From positions 411,781 through 475,780 of the forward strand of contig NZ_CP107255.1 of assembly GCF_029232205.1 (NCBI RefSeq): DNA of 64,000 nt, given 5' to 3'. Source of the DNA: Candidatus Nanohalovita haloferacivicina (GTDB lineage: Archaea; Nanohalarchaeota; Nanosalinia; Nanosalinales; Nanosalinaceae). Below, piece after piece: positions 18,001-27,480 of the stretch; position 1 is the first letter of the stretch; each line of letters opens with the position of its first letter. The notes beneath the pieces were generated by a model that made no database searches, was not told the DNA's origin, and saw only the letters and a program-made list of their open reading frames with translations. The position numbers and the translations under genes are program-made.

Positions 18001-21000
18001 CTACCGATTCTTAATTACAAGATCTACGGTTTTAGACAGAAACTCATCTTTGTTCTCCTGAGCAAGCACATCAACAAAATCATGAGCCACGAGCTCCTGG
18101 ATAATTCTACGTCTTATACTCTTACGTAAAGTTGACTCCACAGAATTGAAGTCTAATGATTCTGTACTCTCAGATATTGATTCTGCTATTTCCTCTGCGC
18201 CCTCCGGTGTGAAGTATTCTGAGTAACGATCTGTAAGCAATTGGTATATAGAGAAGGAAACATCATCCATTTTCTTCCTCTGTTGTTCTGATTCTAATTC
18301 TTCTATATCCTTTCTAACTTCCTCGTACTCCTGTATTGCCTGTTCGGCATTAATATCTTCGTCCTTCCAGTCCTGGATTATTTGTTTAACCCTCTCACTT
18401 AATGATTCATAAGCAGGATTACTCTGAGCCTTCACCTCAACATTTTCTTCAAGGACTGCACCCTCTGCTGCGGCCTTGTATTCTGGTTCCTGGTCTTCTA
18501 CATGTTTTACTTCAGGAGTACCTATCTCATAGTAAACGTCTTCTTCCTCTGTTTCTATCTCATTAACCTCGAGATTTTCTTCAAGAATTTCTCTTGTCTT
18601 TTCTCTCACCTCTCCTGAAATTTTGCCTTCTTCAGGACGTGCACCTTTCTCCATCTCCTTGTACTCGAAGTAGACTTGATTAATAATTTTCCATTTTGCT
18701 ATGACGTTGTCTTCTCCCAGTTTTTCGTGAGGTTGAACAGATTCGTAGATATCTTCGGCTTCAGAAAACATTTCCAAGAATCTAGAGGCCTTACTGTCAT
18801 TCTTCCTTAGAGAAGCAACCGCTGACTGAATTGTCTCAGGATCATTTCTAAACCTAATCTCAAAGAGGTTTAGAATCTCTTCTTGAAGCTCTAAAAATTC
18901 TTCTGCAAGTTCATCCGTCTCCTTTAGGCCATCTTTGATAATATTGAATTCTTCATACTGTAGTGCTTCTTCTGGGTTGTCAAATACACCTGCGAAGTCG
19001 ACGATTTCTCCATTCTTTTTACCTGTTCTAGGTCTGTTGGTTCTAGCAATGGCTTGTAGAAGGTTATGGTTGTTCAAGTTTTTGTCGAGATATAACGTCT
19101 TTAGTACGGGGGCGTCAAAGCCGGTAAGAAGTTTGTCGCATACTACAAGAAGCTGAGGGTCTTTCTTATCATCTTTAAAGTTCTCTATAATATTTTTCTC
19201 ATCTTCTTCTGATCTGATGTACTTCTGCATGAAATCATCGTCTTTCCCATCTCCTGAGATAATAGCCTCAACTTCATCGGAGTCGCGGTACTTTCTTAGC
19301 TCATCGCAGTAAATGGCAGCAGCCCTACGTGAAGGTGTAACTACCATCCCTTTCAGGTTGATGGGCTCGACTTTGCTCTCAAAGTGATCTAGAATTTTCC
19401 GGACAACTTTCTCCACTCTAGGCCTCAGTTCTGCCAGTTCAGATTCGTTTACATATTCTCTCAAGATTTTTTTCTGCTTAGGTAAAGGAAGATCTCCGAA
19501 TTCTCCTTCAAACTCTTGGTCGAGTATTTCTTCAGGGATCTCTCCCCAGTCCACATTCATCTTAGTAAAGGTAACTTCCGTAATTACTCCATCTCTTTGA
19601 CCTTCTTCAATTGAGTAACGGTGCAGATAATCCTCTCCTGTAGGTGAGAACTCCTTAAACGTGTTCCTACCATCTTTACTGTTTTCAACTACGGGGGTTC
19701 CGGTGAAACCAAAGTAGAAAGCATCGGGCAACGCATTTCTTAGTTTACTCCCTAACTTCCCCTCAGTAAATCTATGGGCCTCATCCACGTAGACAGCGGT
19801 CTCCCCCTCTGGGTCAGCATCTATATGCGAGTTCACATTTTCAAATTTCTGGATCGTAGTAAGTACCAACTGATTCTTATTCTCTTCTAGTATATTCTCA
19901 AGATCGTTAATTGTGTCTGCTACTTCAAATATAGGAAAACCAATATCATGCAAATCATCAGACATTTGGCCTTCAAGTTTAGTCCTATCCACCACCAGTA
20001 TCTGTTGCCTGTCTTTCACGCTAGGAGACTTCTTTGCTTTATGAGCTGCAAACATCATAGTAAATGATTTTCCTGAACCTTGAGTATGCCAAATAAGGCC
20101 TTTACGTGGCTCTCCTTTTCTCATTCTCTCAATCATTCTGTTAGATGCCTGGAACTGCATATATCTCGGTACTATTTTACCTTCATCAGAGAAGAAGACA
20201 TAGTACCTGAATAGATCCATGAGCTTGTCTGGCTGAAACAGATCTGTAATCGCATTTTTGACTTCGTAGTCTCCTTCCTTAAAACTCTCTGATCTCCAAG
20301 GGAAGTAAAACTTCTGAGGAGCGCCTGTTGCAGCGTAGCGAAACCTCTGTCCATCGCTAACTACGTTGAAAAGGTTAGGTACAAACATTCTTTGAGCGTT
20401 TTCCTGATACTCGTCCATTTCATTCATCGCTTTCTGAATGGTTGAACTAGGGCCTACGTTCTTCAACTCGAACTGCACAATCGGTATTCCGTTGACTAGA
20501 AGGGTTATATCCGGCCTAACAGACTTCTTTCTCTCAAACTGAAATTGGTTTATTGCGACAAACTCGTTTTTCTCCATCAGTTCTTCTAGGTTGCTCTCAT
20601 CTTCGGGAAGATGAATAAGATCTATGTATTCGCTTTTCTCCTCACCGTCTTCATCTACGACGGTATGAGGTACGCCGTCGCGCATCTTTTCATAAAACTC
20701 TTCATTGGCGTCAAGCAGATTTTCCGCGCCCAGGTTCCGCTTTAAGTTATCAACTATTTCCTGTGCATCATCATTGGAAATGTTCTCGTTAAGTTCGACA
20801 ATTTTCTGCTTCAATAAGTTCCAGTAAACTGCTTCATCGCGGTCTCTATCGTACTTATCATCTAGCTGGCTGCCACCCCACTCGCCATTATTCTTAGGGT
20901 CTCCGTAAACATCCCAGCCGACATCTTCCAAGTAATCTAGAACTTTTGCCTCAACGCCGCCCTCAGTAGTTTGTCTCAAGTTTCCAGCACCTTTAAGATT

Positions 21001-21003
21001 CAT
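18001..21003 (-). CDS. hsdR: type I restriction enzyme R subunit
   Basis: 1000 aa. N-terminal nuclease region, helicase motif I GSGKSFTMMFAAHKA and DEAH box VYVDEAHRF. Confidence 0.9.
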   Translation of the reverse strand: MNLKGAGNLRQTTEGGVEAKVLDYLEDVGWDVYGDPKNNGEWGGSQLDDKYDRDRDEAVYWNLLKQKIVELNENISNDDAQEIVDNLKRNLGAENLLDANEEFYEKMRDGVPHTVVDEDGEEKSEYIDLIHLPEDESNLEELMEKNEFVAINQFQFERKKSVRPDITLLVNGIPIVQFELKNVGPSSTIQKAMNEMDEYQENAQRMFVPNLFNVVSDGQRFRYAATGAPQKFYFPWRSESFKEGDYEVKNAITDLFQPDKLMDLFRYYVFFSDEGKIVPRYMQFQASNRMIERMRKGEPRKGLIWHTQGSGKSFTMMFAAHKAKKSPSVKDRQQILVVDRTKLEGQMSDDLHDIGFPIFEVADTINDLENILEENKNQLVLTTIQKFENVNSHIDADPEGETAVYVDEAHRFTEGKLGSKLRNALPDAFYFGFTGTPVVENSKDGRNTFKEFSPTGEDYLHRYSIEEGQRDGVITEVTFTKMNVDWGEIPEEILDQEFEGEFGDLPLPKQKKILREYVNESELAELRPRVEKVVRKILDHFESKVEPINLKGMVVTPSRRAAAIYCDELRKYRDSDEVEAIISGDGKDDDFMQKYIRSEEDEKNIIENFKDDKKDPQLLVVCDKLLTGFDAPVLKTLYLDKNLNNHNLLQAIARTNRPRTGKKNGEIVDFAGVFDNPEEALQYEEFNIIKDGLKETDELAEEFLELQEEILNLFEIRFRNDPETIQSAVASLRKNDSKASRFLEMFSEAEDIYESVQPHEKLGEDNVIAKWKIINQVYFEYKEMEKGARPEEGKISGEVREKTREILEENLEVNEIETEEEDVYYEIGTPEVKHVEDQEPEYKAAAEGAVLEENVEVKAQSNPAYESLSERVKQIIQDWKDEDINAEQAIQEYEEVRKDIEELESEQQRKKMDDVSFSIYQLLTDRYSEYFTPEGAEEIAESISESTESLDFNSVESTLRKSIRRRIIQELVAHDFVDVLAQENKDEFLSKTVDLVIKNR

Positions 21004-21415
21004 TTAGATTCAATTCTTTTCTGGTTTTCTCAAGAAATCTCTTCGAGGCCTTCAAACACCTATCGGCTTCAGTCAGAGATACCTTGGCATTCCTGTACTG
21101 GATCTCGGTCTTCTTATCAACAACCCACTTCCTGACAGAATCAAGATTGGACTTGAAATCCTGCGAGATCATCCTTTCCTCATACATCTCCTGCAACTCA
21201 TTGGCAGTAGTAGAATGATCCTTATTGGTATGGCCTCTATTCTCCAACATTAAAGCATCATTACACTTAATCATCGCCATAATACAGTTCACAACTACAG
21301 GATTCCAGATATCGGAGTCTTGCTCAAGCAAGTTCTCCCGAACCTTCTCCGCACCATAAATATAGGCCTCCGCCTCTTTAATCGACTTACTTGACCTTTG
21401 CACGAAGAGAATCAC
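20993..21415 (-). CDS. HEPN-domain protein (putative toxin of HEPN/MNT pair)
   Basis: 140 aa all-helical protein. RGHTNKDH fits the Rx4-6H HEPN motif. It overlaps the MNT gene stop by 29 bp and the hsdR start by 11 bp. Confidence 0.5.
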   Translation of the reverse strand: MILFVQRSSKSIKEAEAYIYGAEKVRENLLEQDSDIWNPVVVNCIMAMIKCNDALMLENRGHTNKDHSTTANELQEMYEERMISQDFKSNLDSVRKWVVDKKTEIQYRNAKVSLTEADRCLKASKRFLEKTRKELNLNES

Positions 21416-22025
21416 CCCATAAAACTTCTGAATCTCTCACAACATTTTGCTCAAACCGTTTCTTGTTTTCATAGTTTTCAGTAAACTCGGATTCGGTTTC
21501 TACCACAGGAACAATTTCTTTATCCGACTTACTCCTTGATTTGTTAATTATCTGGTTCTTGACATAATCTGTGTCAACACCGTCCTCAACCACAAATAAA
21601 ATATCAATATCTGAATTAGAGTCGGCAGTACCACGCGCAACACTACCGAAAAGAACCACACTCACAATCTTTTCTTCCATCTCATCCGAATCCATCAGCT
21701 CATGGACAAAACTATCAGCTTCCTTAAAAAGTGGCGTTACCTCTACCTGGAAAATAGCGTCAACGGCATGGAAATAACGAGAATCCTGATTAAACTCGAC
21801 CAAGTAGGAACTACCTTTCTTCCTAATCCTCACCAAATCCAAATCCTCCAACTCACGGATAAAATCCCTGACAGCAGGATAAGAACCATCAACACTCTCA
21901 GCAACCTCATTAATCGTAAACATCTGATCAGGCCTATCCCTCAAAAACTCCAACACCTGACCACGATACTCCTTACCCAACAAATCCACAAACCTCTCTG
22001 CCATATTACAACCTCTTTGATCCAA
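21387..22025 (-). CDS. minimal nucleotidyltransferase (MNT) with N-terminal winged-helix DNA-binding domain
   Basis: NTase signature LFGSVARGTADSNSDIDILFVVED (GS-x9-13-DxD). The N-terminal approximately 90 aa look wHTH-like. Confidence 0.75.
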   Translation of the reverse strand: MDQRGCNMAERFVDLLGKEYRGQVLEFLRDRPDQMFTINEVAESVDGSYPAVRDFIRELEDLDLVRIRKKGSSYLVEFNQDSRYFHAVDAIFQVEVTPLFKEADSFVHELMDSDEMEEKIVSVVLFGSVARGTADSNSDIDILFVVEDGVDTDYVKNQIINKSRSKSDKEIVPVVETESEFTENYENKKRFEQNVVRDSEVLWGDSLRAKVK

Positions 22026-22062
22026 AACTTAAATGTTTAAGTTTTTCCTTAAACGATTAAGG
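22026..22062. promoter_or_regulatory. palindromic operator/promoter upstream of MNT-HEPN-hsdR
   Basis: Two perfect inverted repeats, AACTTAAA-TG-TTTAAGTT and CCTTAA-ACGA-TTAAGG, in the 71-bp AT-rich gap upstream of the MNT gene. Confidence 0.4.
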
Positions 22063-22096
22063 ATTTTCTTGAAGATTTTATTCTGGTTTTTAATTT

Positions 22097-23170
22097 TCAA
22101 AGTATCGGCCTCTTGACAAGTTTCATCGGTTTTTGAGAATGTTCTCTGAAAGATATAGTTAGGTAGTCCTCGTCCTTGATTTCCGCTCTCATGCTTTTGG
22201 CTAGAACCTCTCTAATCTGTGAATCGTCTTCTATAAGATACTCGTTTTCATCAGCTCTATCATCGTTTTCGAGAGCACTAATTACTGGCTTGACAAGGTT
22301 ATCGACATCCAGAGCGTTATCTTTGTCCGTGTAATGATAGACAATCGCAACATCAATTTCACTGTCTTTGTAATCCTCAAAATTTTCGTTCTTCATCCAG
22401 TTTGCCAAGTCAGTCCGCAAGTCCTCAATATTCTCAAAATTTTCTCTCCCACGGATAACCTTGTTGAAACCACCATGATAACCAACTGAATCAATCAAAA
22501 CATCGCCCTCCTGATTCGCCCAGTGAGACATATCCTTCAAAACCTCAATCTTGTCGTTATTTATCACGTAGACTCCGGCCTTATTCTTCAGGTAATGGAA
22601 ATTCTCATTCACTCTGAATAAAGTTCCATAGTACTCGTCCTTCTCAGTCTCAATAAATACGGCACGCTCGTCCTTCTTCATCTGGCTATATAGATCAGCG
22701 GTAGCAGTCGAAAAAATCACAAAACACGTTAAACCAAAGATACCGCCCCAAACACCGAAACTGAAAAATCCAAGAGAAGCAGTAAAACTCAGCACAGTAG
22801 AGAAAAACAAAATTTTCCAAATCTCCCAATCCTCATCGATCAAGTCGTTATCCGTCTCCCTGTAGTAATCAAGTTTTCTACTCATCCAGATAATCGCAGG
22901 CCCCAAAATCAGAAATGAACCACCAAATAAAACCTGCATAACCGAGTCACTAAACCTCAATCTTAGAGGTACGCTCAACAGAAAACTCATAGCCAGAGGA
23001 ATAACCATGAAGAGAATAACAAAAGCCACACCATGACCATACCTGTCAGTATCATCCTTCAAATCAAGATCCCTATCAGAAATCTTCTTGCCATAAAAAT
23101 AAACTGCAGCAGCAACCAAAGCACCAATAAACGAAAAATTAAGAACCAACCGAACCTCAGGAACAGCCAT
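22097..23170 (-). CDS. membrane-anchored RusA-like (Holliday-junction-resolvase family) nuclease-domain protein
   Basis: The N-terminal approximately 170 aa carry four predicted TM helices. The C-terminal domain carries DVDNLVKPVISAL…YLIEDDSQI, which aligns with the E. coli RusA catalytic core DLDNLQKAAFDAL…LDDAQV. It is a paralog of ORF 23565..24077. Confidence 0.55.
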   Translation of the reverse strand: MAVPEVRLVLNFSFIGALVAAAVYFYGKKISDRDLDLKDDTDRYGHGVAFVILFMVIPLAMSFLLSVPLRLRFSDSVMQVLFGGSFLILGPAIIWMSRKLDYYRETDNDLIDEDWEIWKILFFSTVLSFTASLGFFSFGVWGGIFGLTCFVIFSTATADLYSQMKKDERAVFIETEKDEYYGTLFRVNENFHYLKNKAGVYVINNDKIEVLKDMSHWANQEGDVLIDSVGYHGGFNKVIRGRENFENIEDLRTDLANWMKNENFEDYKDSEIDVAIVYHYTDKDNALDVDNLVKPVISALENDDRADENEYLIEDDSQIREVLAKSMRAEIKDEDYLTISFREHSQKPMKLVKRPIL

Positions 23171-23572
23171 TCAATACCTGCCTCCCGTCGGAGTATTCAT
23201 CTCATATTTTGCAGTCCAGTAAAACAGGCCTGTCGCAACATAAATCAAACCTGTGAAAATCCCCTGAATAGGAGTCTGGAGCACTACAGCAGTCAAAGGC
23301 ATCAAAGAATTCGCTATCGAGATAAAAATCGCCTTAATAGCAGGACCAGCAGCCTCAACAGAACCAGAAGTCAACGCACCCCAGTTCAGCAAAAGAGAAA
23401 AACCGGTATTCAAAGCCAAAGCAAGCCCTGCACCAGTACGGTAAATATTCCTCCACTGTCCTGGTCCTGCCAACAAGTTACCTTTCGCATAATTCTTAGC
23501 CTGAGGACTAAATAGGCCTTTATGCGATTGAGTTCTCCTTCTCCGAGGTCTCTTCTTCCTTCTTCTACTCAT
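23171..23572 (-). CDS. small poly-basic membrane protein
   Basis: N-terminus MSRRRKKRPRRRRTQSHK followed by three hydrophobic helices. Stop and start abut the flanking RusA-like genes. The start is placed at the internal Met of ORF 23171..23593. Confidence 0.45.
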   Translation of the reverse strand: MSRRRKKRPRRRRTQSHKGLFSPQAKNYAKGNLLAGPGQWRNIYRTGAGLALALNTGFSLLLNWGALTSGSVEAAGPAIKAIFISIANSLMPLTAVVLQTPIQGIFTGLIYVATGLFYWTAKYEMNTPTGGRY

Positions 23573-24077
23573 CCAGATAACCCCGTCCAGCAACCATCTT
23601 CATAGGTTTTTCCGGATCATGTTCTCTGAAAGAAATCGTAATCCTGCCATGAGCCTCCCTCCAATCACCATTTTCTGTCTTATCTATTTTCACATCTTTC
23701 TGAATTTGATCGGTCTCACGTTTGATTTTCTTCGTCAAAATTCGGATAATCTGTGAATCGTCTTCAACAAGATAAGGTTCATCTTCCTCACTATCCTCTA
23801 AAACCGTAACACCGCTACTACCGTCAAGAGCGGAAACAATAGGCTTCACCAAATTATCAATATCCACAGCATCGTCTTCCCTCCAATACTCATACACAAT
23901 TGCCAAATCAATTTCCTTATCCCTCAAATCATCAAAAACCTCATTATTCAACCACATACCTAAATCTCTCCGAATCCTCTCAATATTTTCCCCAAGTCCA
24001 TCATTTCCTAAACGCTTGTTGAAACCACCCATCCTACCAACAGCATCCTCCAAATTCAACCCCTCAGCATGAGACAC
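23565..24077 (-). CDS. RusA-like nuclease-domain protein (soluble paralog)
   Basis: IDLAIVYEYW…DIDNLVKPIVSAL…YLVEDDSQI…ITISFREH aligns with RusA (VKIRIECHM…DLDNLQKAAFDAL…LDDAQV…LELTITE). It is about 45% identical to the C-domain of ORF 22097..23170. It lies 5 bp downstream of hsdS. Confidence 0.55.
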   Translation of the reverse strand: MSHAEGLNLEDAVGRMGGFNKRLGNDGLGENIERIRRDLGMWLNNEVFDDLRDKEIDLAIVYEYWREDDAVDIDNLVKPIVSALDGSSGVTVLEDSEEDEPYLVEDDSQIIRILTKKIKRETDQIQKDVKIDKTENGDWREAHGRITISFREHDPEKPMKMVAGRGYLDE

Positions 24078-24082
24078 TAGCC

Positions 24083-25447
24083 CTACACCTCCACAACCTC
24101 ATCCAACACCTCAACACCCTCAGAAGTACGAACACTCCCAGTCAACAAATCCTGCATAAGGCCTTTCTTCAGAGATTGGAGCTGCTCCTTCTCTTCCTTG
24201 TAAGTTCTAATTTGGTTCTCATAAGTTGATAGGATTTCAGCTATTCTTTTCTGTTCCTTCAAAGGAGGTATTGGCATCTCAAATTTCCTTAAATCGCTGG
24301 TATTCAGGTGTTTGACTGTAGTTCCAACTGAAACAGATTTTATTAGCGATCTACCAATTTCAGAGTTCATGAAATAAGCCACATACTCCGGATAAACTTC
24401 CTTCTCATCGAATCTAGTGATTATCAGGGCATGACAATTGGCGTTGTCATATCTCTCAGGAACTATAGCGGATTCTCCTATATGTCCTGACTGAACTGTC
24501 AGCATATTTCCCTCATAAATCCTAGTATCCTGATTATCTTCATGGAACTCCTCCGAAATCTCTACCATTTCATCTTCAGAATCTATTTTGTTTGGTCTAA
24601 CGTTGAAGCTCTGAAGATAAGGAATTCCACCTTCCTCATAATAGGGAGTAGCAGTTCCTACGAACCCATTCCGTATCTCAGTTGAAACTTCCAACATCTG
24701 TTTTTTCTCCCAGTTCTCTGGAAGCTCAAATGTTTTTGGCCCTATTCGGACTTCTTTTAGCTCTCTTCCATCTATCCCCTCGTTCATTAGGTCCTGCATC
24801 AGGCCTTTCTTGACCCGCTGGGTTTGCTCGATGATTTCCTCCGTCTTACTGATCGCCTGATCCACATTATACAGAACCGACGCAATCCGGCGTTGCTCGG
24901 ATTTTGGAGGGTGAGGAATTTCGTGTAGTTTGAGAATATTTTTCCCGATGTTCGCCTGTGTGGTCTCCCTTTTCTTGCTAGCAAGTCTGTCTTGCTCGAA
25001 GTCAAGAGCGTAACGGGCAAACTGGATATTTGTGTCTTTTGGATCCCAGAGGCCTATGATTCCCTGATTTGTGGAAACTGGCGCTGTGACAATCCCGGTT
25101 TCGCCGAGAGTTCCGTAGATTGTCAGAAGGATTGTTCCAGGATCATAGATTCGAGTTTTTCCGTCTTCTATTGCTTGCTGAGTTGTGTATTCCTTAGCAT
25201 CTGAGATTCCATCTCCTTGCTGTCTGTTGAGGTCTTCAATCTTGACGAATGGAATATCTCCACCTTCCCAATATTTGTCTTTTCCTCTTTTCGGGGTGCC
25301 TCCGCTTTTAATTCCGTCAAATATGTCGCCAATTTTTTCTGAGGTCCAGCCTTCTGTCTCTTTAGTCTCTTCTCCATCTAATGAGCTTGAGCTTTCTACA
25401 GAGTCAGAAATATCTCCGAGTGAGGCCTGGTTACTCATCATTCTCAC
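24083..25447 (-). CDS. hsdS: type I restriction-modification specificity subunit
   Basis: Two target-recognition domains, each followed by a conserved helix (QRVKKGLMQDLMNEG and QSLKKGLMQDLLTG). Confidence 0.85.
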   Translation of the reverse strand: MRMMSNQASLGDISDSVESSSSLDGEETKETEGWTSEKIGDIFDGIKSGGTPKRGKDKYWEGGDIPFVKIEDLNRQQGDGISDAKEYTTQQAIEDGKTRIYDPGTILLTIYGTLGETGIVTAPVSTNQGIIGLWDPKDTNIQFARYALDFEQDRLASKKRETTQANIGKNILKLHEIPHPPKSEQRRIASVLYNVDQAISKTEEIIEQTQRVKKGLMQDLMNEGIDGRELKEVRIGPKTFELPENWEKKQMLEVSTEIRNGFVGTATPYYEEGGIPYLQSFNVRPNKIDSEDEMVEISEEFHEDNQDTRIYEGNMLTVQSGHIGESAIVPERYDNANCHALIITRFDEKEVYPEYVAYFMNSEIGRSLIKSVSVGTTVKHLNTSDLRKFEMPIPPLKEQKRIAEILSTYENQIRTYKEEKEQLQSLKKGLMQDLLTGSVRTSEGVEVLDEVVEV

Positions 25448-26003
25448 CTTCTTTCTCTTCTAGGACTTTTTCAAGAAGTTCTTTGATGTCTTGTATTTCT
25501 TTCTTCATCTCTGTAATTTCTTTGCTTGTTTTCTCATTTTCCTTTATCCTATCTCTCTGAAGATCGAGTAGTTCGATAACTGCCCCATGATATTTTTGTT
25601 CAGCCACATTTTCTCTACGTTCAGATTCAAGTTTTTCCTCTTCAACTTCCTCTTTCATCTTCTCTATTTTGGCTTTTTCTTCGGTAGAGCTTTTTTCTAG
25701 TTCTACTTGTTCTTTCCAGGCCTTCAGGTTACGAAGTTTCCTGTTGATTTGATCTTCGTATCTATTCTGTCTTTGTTTACTATTTAGACCAATCGCTCCT
25801 GTAACTACATCAGGATAGAGATTATCTTTTTTCTCTTCTCCATCCGAGAAGGCAGTTTTCGCAAAGTTATCTAATCTTGTTTCCATCTCCTTTTTCTCTT
25901 GCTTACCTTTCTCATAAGAAAGTTCTAGAAGGCCCTCTGCCTGCTTTATGAACTCATCTATCTTTTCTTCTGCTTTTTCAGGATCTATTTGAAGCTTACT
26001 CAT
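25431..26003 (-). CDS. coiled-coil hypothetical protein inserted between hsdM and hsdS
   Basis: 190 aa, Glu/Lys-rich heptad pattern. It overlaps the hsdM stop by 8 bp and the hsdS start by 17 bp. Confidence 0.5.
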   Translation of the reverse strand: MSKLQIDPEKAEEKIDEFIKQAEGLLELSYEKGKQEKKEMETRLDNFAKTAFSDGEEKKDNLYPDVVTGAIGLNSKQRQNRYEDQINRKLRNLKAWKEQVELEKSSTEEKAKIEKMKEEVEEEKLESERRENVAEQKYHGAVIELLDLQRDRIKENEKTSKEITEMKKEIQDIKELLEKVLEEKEGENDE

Positions 26004-27480
26004 AGTTGAGGGCCTCCATGTGTTCTTGCATCTGGTTTTCGATTTCTTCTCTTTCTGATTGGAGTTCTTTCAGTTTCTCCAGTTCTTCGGCGACTTCTAT
26101 GTTTTCTTCGGGTTGGGTGGTGTCGACGTAGAGGGCGATGTTGAGGTTGTAGTCGTTTTCGCGGATTTCTTCGAGGTCGACGACTCGGGAGACTCTTTCC
26201 TCGGTTTCCCAGTTCCTGTATTTTTCCACGATTTCTTTGATTCCGTCTTCTGTGAGTTTGTTCTGGTTGCTGAGTTCTTCGTAGAAGTTTTCGTCGGCTG
26301 CGTGGATGAACTGGACTTGTCCTTCTCTTTCTTCTGGTTTGTCTTTGTTGACTATGAGGATTCCTGATGGGATTGAGTTGTTCTGGAATAGGTTTTCTGG
26401 TAGGCCTATGACTGCTTCTACCATGTCGTTTTCTAGCATTGGTTCTCTGAACTTGCTCTCATGTTTTCTGAAGAGGACTCCGTGTGGTATGACGCAGGCC
26501 ATTTTTCCTTCTTCGTTCAGTGATTTGATCATGTGCTGGATGAATGCGTAGTCGGCTCTGTCTGCTCGTGCCATTCCCCAGTCGAAACGGTTGTATTTGT
26601 CGTCCTGGCATGCGTCTTTCTGCCAGTCAGCTGAGAACGGAGGATTGGCTAGTACATAGTCAAACTTCTCTAGTTTGCCGTTTTCCGTGAACTGTGGGTT
26701 GGCGAGTGAGTCTTCCCGCGTGATTTCTCCGTCTAGGTCGTGTAGGAATAGGTTCATTCGTGCGATTGGTGCGATTCCAGGGTTGATTTCCTGGCCTTTC
26801 AGCAATAGATCTTTCTTGGGGTCGCCGATTTCTCTGTAGTGTTCGGCCATTTCTACGAGCATTCCTGCTGATCCAACTGTTGGATCGTAGATCTTGATGG
26901 TTCCGTCTCCGTTCTCAGGGTTCAGTACGTCGGCCATTAGCTGGACCATCTCCTGTGGTGTGAAGAACTGTCCGCCATCCTTTCCTTCTGATTCAGCAAA
27001 GTCCCGAACGAGATCCATGTAGGCTTCTCCTAGAATATCTGGTTTTACTCTTTGCAGAGACATGTTTTTCGTGTTCAGGTGTTCGAGCATACGGTGAAGA
27101 GTATCGTGATCGATTCCGTCCGCATTCACGAAGTTGACTCTGAAGATATTCTCAAGTTTCTCTGGGTTTTCGGATTCTAGTGCGTCAAATGCTTCGTTTA
27201 GGAACTGATCTACGTTTTCTGTCTGTTCTAGAGCTTTTTCGTATCTGTAGTCTTCCGGGATTTGGAAGTCGTGGAAGGCTTGGTCTTTTGCTAGTTCTTC
27301 GTCTCCTGTTTCTTCCAGTGCTTCTTCGTACCGGTCCTGGTATGTGTCATCTATTGCTTTATAGAAGACGACGGGTAGTATGTATGTTTTGTAGTCTGTA
27401 GGGTCTACTCTGTCTCTGATGATGTCTGCGCATTTGAAAAGATGGTCGCGTAGTTCTTCTTCGGTGATTTCTTTTGCCAT
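25996..27480 (-). CDS. hsdM: type I restriction-modification N6-adenine DNA methyltransferase subunit
   Basis: HsdM N-terminal domain, SAM motif I VGSAGMLV and catalytic motif IV LANPPFS. Confidence 0.9.
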   Translation of the reverse strand: MAKEITEEELRDHLFKCADIIRDRVDPTDYKTYILPVVFYKAIDDTYQDRYEEALEETGDEELAKDQAFHDFQIPEDYRYEKALEQTENVDQFLNEAFDALESENPEKLENIFRVNFVNADGIDHDTLHRMLEHLNTKNMSLQRVKPDILGEAYMDLVRDFAESEGKDGGQFFTPQEMVQLMADVLNPENGDGTIKIYDPTVGSAGMLVEMAEHYREIGDPKKDLLLKGQEINPGIAPIARMNLFLHDLDGEITREDSLANPQFTENGKLEKFDYVLANPPFSADWQKDACQDDKYNRFDWGMARADRADYAFIQHMIKSLNEEGKMACVIPHGVLFRKHESKFREPMLENDMVEAVIGLPENLFQNNSIPSGILIVNKDKPEEREGQVQFIHAADENFYEELSNQNKLTEDGIKEIVEKYRNWETEERVSRVVDLEEIRENDYNLNIALYVDTTQPEENIEVAEELEKLKELQSEREEIENQMQEHMEALNYE

